DNA of 64,000 nucleotides from an uncultured Gemmatimonadales bacterium (GTDB lineage: Bacteria; Gemmatimonadota; Gemmatimonadetes; Gemmatimonadales; GWC2-71-9): the NCBI GenBank assembly GCA_963695555.1, contig CAVOGR010000012.1, positions 29,743-93,742 of the forward strand, given 5' to 3'. A program made the translations under genes and the position numbers. Below, piece by piece: positions 39,897 through 48,039 of this stretch; within the stretch, counting starts at the first letter, position 1; every line of letters starts with the position of its first letter. The notes beneath the pieces were generated by a model. The model searched no databases. It had not been told where the DNA came from and was given only the letters and a program-made list of their open reading frames with translations.

Positions 39897-40429
39897 AGGT
39901 CGATCTCTACGAACGCATCTGGATGTATGGCGTGGCTGTCGTCCTCGCAGGGTTCTTCGTGAGCACCGCCATCGCGGCTTACGGAAGCCAGATCCATCCC
40001 CCGAGCCACGTCGAGACCATCGATCCCCGAACGGCGATCACCGACCCTCGGATGGCGCCGCAGGGTGTCTCGGTCGATGCCGACGGCCGGGTACACGTCC
40101 GAGTGGTCGGCGTCACGTTTGCCTGGTTGCCCGCCGAGGCCACGGTGCCCGCCGCCACACCGATCACCTTCCACATCACAGCAGCCGACGTGGTGCACGG
40201 CTTCCAGATCGTGGGTAGCAACGGCCAGGCCATGGCCATACCCGGCTACATCAGTCAGTTCACGACCCAGTTCATGACGCCCGGAGAGTATCTCATCGTG
40301 TGCAATGAGTACTGTGGCGTGGGGCATCATATGATGGCCGGCAAGTTGATCGTGGCGCCGAAAGACTCCTGGCAGGCCCCGAGCCCTTCCCGGTCTTCAG
40401 AGCCGGAGTCTGAGGAGGTGGAGGAATGA
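39893..40429 (+). CDS. cbaB: ba3-type (family B) heme-copper oxidase subunit II
   Basis: YERIW single TM, ETIDP, DVVHGF, CuA motif CNEYCGVGHHMM. Confidence 0.92.
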   Translation: MKVDLYERIWMYGVAVVLAGFFVSTAIAAYGSQIHPPSHVETIDPRTAITDPRMAPQGVSVDADGRVHVRVVGVTFAWLPAEATVPAATPITFHITAADVVHGFQIVGSNGQAMAIPGYISQFTTQFMTPGEYLIVCNEYCGVGHHMMAGKLIVAPKDSWQAPSPSRSSEPESEEVEE

Positions 40430-42078
40430 CGGCACCGACCAACGGACCGATCCAGGCCACCGAACGGCGCCTCATTCTCGCCCATATCTGGGTAGCCGTC
40501 CTCGCGTTCGGCGTCGCTGCCGGCATGGCCATGATGCAGGCGCTGAGCCGGGCCAACCTGCAATTGCCGTATCGGTCGGCCCGGATGTACTACATGTCAG
40601 TGACCGGCCACGGCGTTCTGATGGCGCTGGTCTTCACGACCTTCTTCATCATGGGGCTGGGGTACGTCATCGCCAGGAAGGAAACGGGTGGCATCCGCTG
40701 GCCCAAGTTTGCGTGGGCCATGTTCTGGTTGGCGCTCTTCGGCACGGCCTTGGCGGGCTGGGCCATTTTCAGCTTCCGAGCGAGCGTGCTCTATACGTTT
40801 TACCCGCCGCTCCAGGCCCACCCGGCGTTCTATATCGGCCTCACGCTCGTCATCGTGGGATCGTGGGGCTGGGCGGCGAACATGATCGCGACGTGGCGTG
40901 CGGCGCGGCGACTGTCCGCGGAGCGGCCGGTGAGTCTCGCGATGCACGCGACGACCGTCAACGCGTTGCTCTGGCTCCTGGCGACGCTTGGGGTAGCCGC
41001 GGAGATGCTGTTCTTGCTCATCCCGTGGTCGCTCGGCTGGGTCGAGACGGTGGACCCGCTCCTGGCTCGGGTTCTCTTCTGGTACTTCGGTCACCCGCTG
41101 GTCTATTTCTGGATCCTACCGGCCTACACCATCTGGTACACCGTGCTGCCGCGCGAGGCCGGCGGCAAGTTGTTTTCCGAGCCACTGGGCCGGATGGTCT
41201 TCATCTTGTTCCTCATCCTGTCCACCCCGGTAGGCTTCCACCATCAGTTCCAAGACCCTGGCATTCCGGCCAACTGGAAGATGCTCCACACCCTGTTGAC
41301 CATGGCTGTAACGTTCCCCAGCCTGGTCACGGCGTTCACGGTGTGCGCATCCCTCGAGGTCGCGGGACGCCTTCGCGGCGGGACGGGCCTCTTCGGTTGG
41401 ATTCGTCGATTGCCGTGGGGTGACCCGTTTGTGGCCGCATGCCTGCTCGCCATGTTGCTATTCTTGGTCGGAGGATTCGGCGGTGCCGTCAATGCCGCGT
41501 ACGCCCTCAACTCCGTCGTGCATAACACGGCGTGGATCCAGGGCCATTTCCACCTGACCGTGGGTAGCGCCTCGGCGCTGACCTTCATGGGGGCGTGCTA
41601 CTGGCTGGTGCCCAAGATATCCGGGCGAGAACTGGAACTCCGCCTGTTGGCCAAACTGCAACCGTACCTCTGGTTTGGCGGCATGGTCCTGTTCTCGTTC
41701 ACCAACCACATCACCGGCCTCATGGGCCTCCCGCGGCGGGTATTCGAAACCGGGTTCTCCAACGCGCCCCAAGCCCAAGCCTGGGAATCGCTCACCACCG
41801 TCTCGGCACTCGGCGGCGTGCTGCTCTTTGTCAGCGCAGGATTCTTTGTGCTCGTAATGCTGGGCACGCTGCTCGCCGGTCAGCGCAAGGAACAGCCGGA
41901 GATCGAGTGGGCCGAACCGCTGGCCGCGCCCGCCGGAGGATTCCGTAACGGGCTCTGGGATCGCCTGGGATTGTGGTTTGCTGTGGCGGTGGTCCTGGTC
42001 CTCATCGCCTACGCGATGCCGCTTTGGGACATCCTCAGCATGACCCGGTACGGGAGTCCGGGCTTCAAGCCTTTCTGA
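40426..42078 (+). CDS. cbaA: ba3-type (family B) heme-copper oxidase subunit I
   Basis: TGHGVLMALVFT, LFWYFGHPLVYFW, PVGFHHQF.DP, VHNTAWIQGHFHLTV, GLPRR. Confidence 0.94.
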   Translation: MTAPTNGPIQATERRLILAHIWVAVLAFGVAAGMAMMQALSRANLQLPYRSARMYYMSVTGHGVLMALVFTTFFIMGLGYVIARKETGGIRWPKFAWAMFWLALFGTALAGWAIFSFRASVLYTFYPPLQAHPAFYIGLTLVIVGSWGWAANMIATWRAARRLSAERPVSLAMHATTVNALLWLLATLGVAAEMLFLLIPWSLGWVETVDPLLARVLFWYFGHPLVYFWILPAYTIWYTVLPREAGGKLFSEPLGRMVFILFLILSTPVGFHHQFQDPGIPANWKMLHTLLTMAVTFPSLVTAFTVCASLEVAGRLRGGTGLFGWIRRLPWGDPFVAACLLAMLLFLVGGFGGAVNAAYALNSVVHNTAWIQGHFHLTVGSASALTFMGACYWLVPKISGRELELRLLAKLQPYLWFGGMVLFSFTNHITGLMGLPRRVFETGFSNAPQAQAWESLTTVSALGGVLLFVSAGFFVLVMLGTLLAGQRKEQPEIEWAEPLAAPAGGFRNGLWDRLGLWFAVAVVLVLIAYAMPLWDILSMTRYGSPGFKPF

Positions 42079-42088
42079 GCATCAGCGC

Positions 42089-42125
42089 CAGGCACTGGCC
42101 CACCAGCGTGGCGGGTCAGTGCCTG
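42089..42125. terminator. Hairpin between convergent cbaA and KamA-family genes
   Basis: caggcactggccc ... gggtcagtgcctg 13-bp stem. Confidence 0.6.
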
Positions 42126-43282
42126 TGCTGGCGCGGTTCGATCCGGTCCGACCAGCTGTGGGGATCGTATGCCCGGGCCGCCTCGATCGCGCTCTGAGGA
42201 CCGGCCAGCACCGTGAGCTGGTCCAGCCAATAGGCCCGATCGTCCCGTCGGGCGATGATCATGCGCCCGTAGTCCTCTCGGCGATGGGCTCGGTGATAGC
42301 GGAGGTAGATGAGGTCGTCATCGACCCCGCAGATTTCCAGCTTTCCGACGTGATGGGACATGACGAAACGGGCGCGCTTGGCCAGCCCCGAAATGCGGCG
42401 GTTGGCCTCGAGAAAGATCTTCCAGCCCTCAACGATCGGGACCTCGTAGGGCTTGTTTCCGACGGTGGGCCGTCCCTGGAAGACGTAGTAGGGCGGGCAA
42501 CCTTCGAATGACAGCTCGCGAAAGAGGGTGGCGAGTATGTGAGGCCGGTCGTTCACCCCTCGCACGATCGGGCACTGGTTGACGATCTGGGCGCCGGCGG
42601 CCAAGAGCCGGCGCAATGCTTCCCTCGCCTCGGGAGTCAGTTCTCGAGGATGGTCGAAGTGGTTCATGATGTAGATCTGCGTTCCACTCTCGCCGTACTC
42701 GCGGATGAGCGACAGCAGCGCCGGGTCCTCCAGCACCCGGAAGGGATTGAACGCCGCCATCTTCGTTCCGATCCGTACGATCCGCACATGCGGAACCGCG
42801 GCCAGGTCGCTGATGATCTCGCCAAGCCGGCGGGTGGACAGCATGAGCGGGTCGCCCCCGGTCAAGAGCACGTTCGTGATCTCCTCGTGCTCCGCGATGT
42901 AGTCGAGCCCCTCCCGATAGTCGAGTGACGCCTCGTCGTTGTCGTCCATGAAGAGCCGCTTCCGGAAACAATACCTGCAGTAGGCCCCACACACCTCGTT
43001 CACCAACAGGAGCGCCGTGTCGGAGTACTTGTGCTGGCAGCCCCTGACGGGGGTGTAATCCGCCTCTCCGCTGGCGTCGAGCGTCCCCCAATTCTCAGCC
43101 TCTTCGGTGCGGGGAATCACGAGCTGTCGTATGGGATCGTTGGGATCATCCCAGTTAATCAGGCGCTCGTAGTAATCGTTGAGTCGGAACGCGTAGCGAT
43201 CAGCCACCGGTTGGAGCCGGCGACGCTCCTCCTCGGACAATCCGGCGAGCTTGCCGAGGCGCCGTGTGTAACGAACTTTCAT
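42116..43282 (-). CDS. KamA-family radical SAM protein (lysine 2,3-aminomutase-like)
   Basis: NDPIRQLVIP, HKY..TALL, CGAYCRYCFRKR, NVLLTGGDPL, HFDHPREL, NQCP..RGVND; GGAGG RBS. Confidence 0.9.
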   Translation of the reverse strand: MKVRYTRRLGKLAGLSEEERRRLQPVADRYAFRLNDYYERLINWDDPNDPIRQLVIPRTEEAENWGTLDASGEADYTPVRGCQHKYSDTALLLVNEVCGAYCRYCFRKRLFMDDNDEASLDYREGLDYIAEHEEITNVLLTGGDPLMLSTRRLGEIISDLAAVPHVRIVRIGTKMAAFNPFRVLEDPALLSLIREYGESGTQIYIMNHFDHPRELTPEAREALRRLLAAGAQIVNQCPIVRGVNDRPHILATLFRELSFEGCPPYYVFQGRPTVGNKPYEVPIVEGWKIFLEANRRISGLAKRARFVMSHHVGKLEICGVDDDLIYLRYHRAHRREDYGRMIIARRDDRAYWLDQLTVLAGPQSAIEAARAYDPHSWSDRIEPRQHRH

Positions 43283-43520
43283 GGCCACCTCCTTCGACGC
43301 GACACCCATGGCCCACGCACCTCCCTTGCGGGAGCACCATCGACCACCGGGGTTGGGGGAAGAACGGACAGGGTGCGGAGCGCTGAGCCGTATGTCTAGC
43401 CCGTGGCCCCACTCGCAAACGGACTCGAGGCCCGCCGCGTTGTCCTGCCCTCGGCGTCCAACTGGAGCGCAGGTTCTTTCTTCAAGATACCCCCTCATAG
43501 TTGGGCCGCACGTTTCGATA

Positions 43521-43536
43521 TGAAACTTCCCTGAAA
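43521..43536. promoter_or_regulatory. Direct repeat (11-bp period) upstream of the KamA-family gene
   Basis: TGAAA-cttccc-TGAAA. Confidence 0.4.
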
Positions 43537-43630
43537 GGGAAATCGCGACTCTGGGCTGAGGATGGACAGAATCGAGCCCGAGTCTGCCAACGAGAGCCCT
43601 AGCTTGGTAGACTTGGACAGTGCGGCGCCT

Positions 43631-43645
43631 TGGCACGATGGATGC
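43631..43645 (+). promoter_or_regulatory. Putative sigma-54 (-24/-12) promoter of the RRE operon
   Basis: TGGCACG-ATGG-ATGC with exact GG-N10-GC spacing, 57 nt before the RRE ATG. Confidence 0.6.
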
Positions 43646-43702
43646 CGGCATGCGGCACCAGTATCAACGGTCTCGTGTCGTCACCCCGCTCTGAGGAGAG
43701 GA

Positions 43703-44053
43703 ATGAGCCCACCGGATCGGCTTCCAGTTGCGACCGCTCATGTCGTGTATGGCCCCCTGTCGGACGGTGCGGTGCTGTTCTCCACCAAGGACGAGGTCTA
43801 CTTCGGCCTCAATCAGGTGGGGGCGCAGGTTTGGGAATTACTCCCTCCAGCGACCCGCACGCTCACCGAACTCTGCGCCAATCTCGAGCGACGATTCGAG
43901 GGCATTGCCCCCGATGTCCTGAGACGTGATGTGGCGGCCCTGCTCGACGACTTGCTCGCCAATGACCTCGTGGAGTATCTCGACCAGGAGCGCGCCGATG
44001 CCGGGACGGATCCGGACACTGATCGGCAAGCTGATTCGCCTCCGACCGCGTGA
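43703..44053 (+). CDS. PqqD-family / RiPP recognition element (RRE, lasso B1-like)
   Basis: DGAVLF....EVYFGLNQVGAQVWELL....T..ELC..L...F......LRRDVAALLDDL; GAGGAGAGG RBS. Confidence 0.88.
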   Translation: MSPPDRLPVATAHVVYGPLSDGAVLFSTKDEVYFGLNQVGAQVWELLPPATRTLTELCANLERRFEGIAPDVLRRDVAALLDDLLANDLVEYLDQERADAGTDPDTDRQADSPPTA

Positions 44054-44459
44054 GTGGGTGGACCTCCTGCGGGCGCAAGCTGCCTTGCTGGTAGCCCAGG
44101 TCGTCGTGTGGACGCGACCGCACGGCCGCTTGGTGTCCCGGAATCCCGCCCCGCCGGCTTCCGCTCAAGCGCAAGCACAGGCCGCGCCTCGGGCGGAGGC
44201 GCTGGCACGCGCCATCCACCGGGCCGCTCACTACGGTCTGACCCGCCCCGCCTGTCTCGTGCGCGCTATTGCCCTGCGGCGCATACTTGCCTCCAGTGGC
44301 TTCGACGCGGTGGTTCGCGTGGGCGTCCGGCAGCGGAATGGAAGCCTCGATGCGCATGCCTGGGTCGAGCTCGACGGAGCGGTGCTGGGAGACCACGAAT
44401 CGAATACGGAATCGTTCACCGAACTGTCGGACCTTCACATCGCCGAGAAGGGGCGATAG
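43998..44459 (+). CDS. Lasso-peptide B2-like transglutaminase-fold peptidase
   Basis: ACLVRAIAL (catalytic Cys), VRVGV, DAHAWVELDG (His/Asp). Confidence 0.88.
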   Translation: MPGRIRTLIGKLIRLRPREWVDLLRAQAALLVAQVVVWTRPHGRLVSRNPAPPASAQAQAQAAPRAEALARAIHRAAHYGLTRPACLVRAIALRRILASSGFDAVVRVGVRQRNGSLDAHAWVELDGAVLGDHESNTESFTELSDLHIAEKGR

Positions 44460-44463
44460 CGCG

Positions 44464-45417
44464 GTGCCAGACCTCGCGATGTACGGTGGCATCTTACGGT
44501 CGGAACTTCCCTTCCCCGACCTGCGGCCCAGCTCAGGGGGCGAGCCCTCGTGGTGGTTCCGTCGATCCGCCGACCGGCCTCCGGACTGCGCCGGGGAGGT
44601 CCTGGGCGAGGAGACGTTCGAGGGACCGGTCCGTCTCGCGGTCACCAAGATGCCCACCGGTCTTCGATTCGCCTACACCGACACCGGGGTGTTCGATATC
44701 TCCGACGGCGGACGGAATCTCGTGTGGTATCCCACCGCCGGCGCCCCGCTCGACCTTGCCAGGATCGACGTGATGGGGCGTGTCATGGCCGGTGCGCTCC
44801 ACCTCGGCGGACTCCTCTGTCTGCATGGCAGTGCCGTCGCATTGGGAGCCGGGTCCTGCGGCATCGGGTTCCTCGCGCCCAAGCACTACGGCAAGTCCAC
44901 GCTCGCGTTCGCCATGACGCAACGCGGCGCCCAACTGCTCACCGACGATACCTTACCCGTCGAGTTCAGTCATCCGGTGCGACTCCGGCCCGGTGTGCAC
45001 AGCGTCCGACTGTGGACCGACTCCGCTGAGCGGCTCGCCTCAGATCGGATTGGGACCGGCCGCGAGTATGGCGGCAAGCACATCGTCGATCGGCTCCCCG
45101 AAGACCGGATTGCCGACCAGGCGGTCCCGTTGTCCGCCATTTATGTATTGAATCCGCCAGGCGAGCAGACCCAGCCGGCCTTGGTGCGCCGCGCTCGCCT
45201 ACCGGACGTGCCTGCAGCCATGGCCCTGGTCCGGCATGCGAAAATTGGAGCGTTGCTTGGGAAGAGTGAGGCGCCGGTGTTGTTCGAGCGCGCCGTTGCC
45301 ATGGCCCGGGCGGTGCCCGTCTATGACCTCGACTTCGTCCGCGACTTTGCCCAGGTCGACCATGTCGTCGGCCAACTCATGGAATGGCATGCCATGGCCA
45401 CCAATACTCGCGTATGA
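44464..45417 (+). CDS. HprK-related (lasso-cluster-type) kinase
   Basis: YGGILRSELPFPDL, LHGSAV, Walker A variant APKHYGKST, LLTDD. Confidence 0.85.
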   Translation: MPDLAMYGGILRSELPFPDLRPSSGGEPSWWFRRSADRPPDCAGEVLGEETFEGPVRLAVTKMPTGLRFAYTDTGVFDISDGGRNLVWYPTAGAPLDLARIDVMGRVMAGALHLGGLLCLHGSAVALGAGSCGIGFLAPKHYGKSTLAFAMTQRGAQLLTDDTLPVEFSHPVRLRPGVHSVRLWTDSAERLASDRIGTGREYGGKHIVDRLPEDRIADQAVPLSAIYVLNPPGEQTQPALVRRARLPDVPAAMALVRHAKIGALLGKSEAPVLFERAVAMARAVPVYDLDFVRDFAQVDHVVGQLMEWHAMATNTRV

Positions 45418-46541
45418 CGCTGTCCCGACTTGCCCCCGAGGCCCAGGTCCTCCTGTTGGCGGCAGGACCTCCCGCCGACTGGCGCCAGGCCCGCATGCAC
45501 GCGGTGCTTGCGGAACCATTCCCGTGGCCGCGTCTCTTGTCGCTGGCCGACCGCGAGCACGCCGAGGTAATTCTCCGCCAGCGGCTCAATGAGATCGACG
45601 GTTTCGTCATACCTGAGGCCGCGGCAGAGCAACTGCGACGCCAGGCCATGGTCGCGGAATTCCACGTGACCCATTTGGAAGACCGCCTCCACGAGGCGCT
45701 CGACATTCTGGACCGGGCGGGCATCGAGGCCATCGTCCTCAAGGGTGCCGCATTGGCCTATATGGTGTACCAGTCGTTCGCCGATCGACCCATGGGCGAT
45801 ATCGACCTCCTTTTCGACCCGGACACCGTCAAGGAGGCCCGGGCACTGCTCCAGCCGTCCGGCTGGGGGTGGAGCCAGGACCCGGCGGTCGAGGCTCGAT
45901 ACCAAAACCACCACCATCTTCCGCCGCTCGGAGACCAAGCGGGTACGGGACTCCGCCTCGAGCTCCACACCTCGCTGTTCCCCTCGGGGCACCCGTTTCA
46001 CGGCTTCAGTGAGGACTTCGTTGCCAACCGACATCCGGTTGCAGCCCGGGATCGGTTCATTTCGACCCCTGATCTCCTGTTTCAACTGCTCCACGTCTGC
46101 GTACACTTCGCGTGGTCGCATGTGATGCAGGTTGGGGCCTGGCGCGCCATGCGCGATATAGACACGATCGTGAGACACGGTACCATCGACTGGGCGGCAT
46201 TCATAGAGCACGCGCGTCAGTACCAGGCCGAAACATGCTGTTATTGGACGCTCAGGCTGGCGCGCACAATTACCGACGCCCCGATTCCGGATACCGTATG
46301 CGAGGTGCTGCGCCCCCGGTACCCCAGCGCGGTGCTGTCATGGTTGGAGCACCGCTATCTTCGGCTCATGCTTCCAAGCGAGGCGTTGGTGCGGTCGGTG
46401 CGATTCAACCGGATGGTCTGGCAGCTCGGCATCAATCCGAGGCGCAACGGTACTGATCAACGGCTGCCGTGGGACGCCATGGGGCCGGAGGCCAACCATT
46501 CGACAATGGACAGGGAAACGGCGCACAGCCAAGCGACGTGA
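45414..46541 (+). CDS. Nucleotidyltransferase family protein (NTP_transf_5-like)
   Basis: GIEAIVLKGAALA, RPMGDIDLL, LELH, LLHVCVH, RDI.......IDW. Confidence 0.87.
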   Translation: MTLSRLAPEAQVLLLAAGPPADWRQARMHAVLAEPFPWPRLLSLADREHAEVILRQRLNEIDGFVIPEAAAEQLRRQAMVAEFHVTHLEDRLHEALDILDRAGIEAIVLKGAALAYMVYQSFADRPMGDIDLLFDPDTVKEARALLQPSGWGWSQDPAVEARYQNHHHLPPLGDQAGTGLRLELHTSLFPSGHPFHGFSEDFVANRHPVAARDRFISTPDLLFQLLHVCVHFAWSHVMQVGAWRAMRDIDTIVRHGTIDWAAFIEHARQYQAETCCYWTLRLARTITDAPIPDTVCEVLRPRYPSAVLSWLEHRYLRLMLPSEALVRSVRFNRMVWQLGINPRRNGTDQRLPWDAMGPEANHSTMDRETAHSQAT

Positions 46542-46604
46542 GAAGTGACGTCGGGTGAGCACTTGGTGGGGTGGGAACGTCGGCGCGCCGCACATGCAGC
46601 CGAG

Positions 46605-46676
46605 AGCCACTGGTCGGATTTGAACTGACGACCGCTCGATTACGAATCGAGTGCTCTACCCCTGAGCTACAGTGGC
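46605..46676 (-). tRNA. tRNA-Thr(CGT)
   Basis: GCCACTG acceptor, anticodon arm CTCGA-TT-CGT-AA-TCGAG, T-loop TTCAAAT. Confidence 0.94.
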
Positions 46677-46696
46677 GAGGCTGCGGGTGACTGCCA

Positions 46697-46778
46697 TGCC
46701 CTGGCGCGGATTCGAACCGCGACGCCTTTCGGCACTACCCCCTCAAGATAGCGTGTCTACCAATTTCACCACCAGGGC
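46697..46778 (-). tRNA. tRNA-Leu(GAG)
   Basis: GCCCTGG acceptor, D-arm GTGAAATTGGTAGACAC, anticodon CTATC-TT-GAG-GG-GGTAG, long variable arm, GGTTCGAATCC. Confidence 0.95.
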
Positions 46779-46789
46779 GGGACCGGGTG

Positions 46790-46818
46790 AACATAGCGGA
46801 CCACCCGATGGCGGTCAA
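46790..46818 (-). promoter_or_regulatory. Sigma-70 promoter of the tRNA-Leu/tRNA-Thr pair
   Basis: TTGACC-N17-TATGTT just upstream of tRNA-Leu. Confidence 0.75.
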
Positions 46819-46819
46819 G

Positions 46820-47134
46820 CGCGACCGAGACGTCGTACCCGCAGAGCAGGAAGACCGGGCACTCCATCAACGGGAAGAGCGGCGGCCAGAGCGACATGCG
46901 GTGGATCTCGGCCACGAAGCGGAGCGGCTCGCCGGCATGCAGGGCGGCGGCGAGGGCCACCCCGTCGTAGCCGTGCTCGGCCATGTCCCAGCGCGGCAGC
47001 CGCGCGCTCGTCACGCTCAGAGCCGCGATCTCGAGAGCCACGCGAGCCGTGGCACCCGCGACGAGCAAGGCGCCCACGACCGCTACGGTCCTGGCCCGGA
47101 CCTGTGCGGTCCTGTGTGAATCGACTCGGGACAT
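46820..47134 (-). CDS. Truncated membrane protein, N-terminus of a GT-C/PMT-like glycosyltransferase
   Basis: TM helix then LPRWDMAEH...WPPLFPL..P.FLL.G; runs directly into the tRNA promoter, so it appears cut at a junction. Confidence 0.5.
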
Positions 47135-47428
47135 CGGCCGGAGAGCGAGATTCGACGCACCCGTTGCCGCGTCGGCTCCTCCTCGGACGTTCCGTAGGAG
47201 GCCGGACACGAGCGTCCGAGCGGATCACCCGGACCGGAAGACTAGTCCCTCGACGGAACCGCTGCCAGGGGCACGATGGAGGCGCTCGGAGCTGCTCTGG
47301 CGGCGAGGACGGGCAGGTTTACGGCCGCGGCGACCGCTCCGAACCAGCGTCCGCGCGGTTCGCACCCGCGGGACGGCTGGTACTGCGACATGGAGACCGG
47401 CGAGGGGGCGAGTCGTCAGACAGGCGCC

Positions 47429-47456
47429 ACTTGACATAATATTCATTATGCGCCAG
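47429..47456 (-). other. dif: dif site (XerC/XerD recombination site)
   Basis: Minus strand CTGGCGCATAA-TGAATA-TTATGTCAAGT; 22/28 identical by eye to E. coli dif GGTGCGCATAA-TGTATA-TTATGTTAAAT; AT-rich island in an apparently non-coding GC-rich stretch. Confidence 0.85.
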
Positions 47457-48039
47457 AAGCGGTGGGTGGCCGGTCGCGCCGGTCGACCGAAGAAATCGAC
47501 CCCGGAGCGCGCCGCGGCGAGAGAAAGCCCGCAACGGAGCCGGCCTGGCCGGGGCAACCTGTGCGCTGCGCATGCACGGGCGTTCGGCGTCGTCTGGCCG
47601 GGGTGGATCCGACGCCCGACGGACACTCGCGGCCCCGGGCCTCGGCCGCCTCGGCATGTCGACAGGGTCCCGTGCACCCCGGGATGCATGAGAGAGGATC
47701 GCCGGGGTCCCCTCGAGCATGGTGTCGCTGGGGATCGACGGGCCGGCGGATCAGTGCGCGGACTCGGGCCGGATGATGGCGCTTGGCCGCCACTGCGGGA
47801 CGAGCGGGCGCACGCCGGATGAGCGTAGCCAACGGCGTGCCGCACCGGGTCGCGGCGCCGGGGTGACCGGGCGGCCGACCGGCAGGCGATCATGTCGATG
47901 CTTATAGCAATACTTGTGGAGCACAAGTAGTAGGGTCACGGCGGGCAGGCGACATGGGCCACCTGCCCGGTGGGCGCCGAGTGGTAGATGTGCGGGATGG
48001 CGCGGCGCTCGGAGACGCGGGCCGGCGCGGGCGACTCGA

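Noticed and set aside
43283..43702. Lasso precursor ORF upstream of the RRE gene
   Set aside because: No short ORF with an RBS, a YxxP-L leader and a Thr(-2)/Gly core pattern was found by eye on either strand.
46605..46820. tRNA-targeted genomic island or prophage attachment
   Set aside because: No integrase nearby, no duplicated tRNA 3' end seen, and the compositional break lies on the promoter side.
47911..47935. NrdR box
   Set aside because: CACAA-GTAG-TAGGG resembles the arms but lacks the central AT, and no ribonucleotide reductase gene is adjacent.
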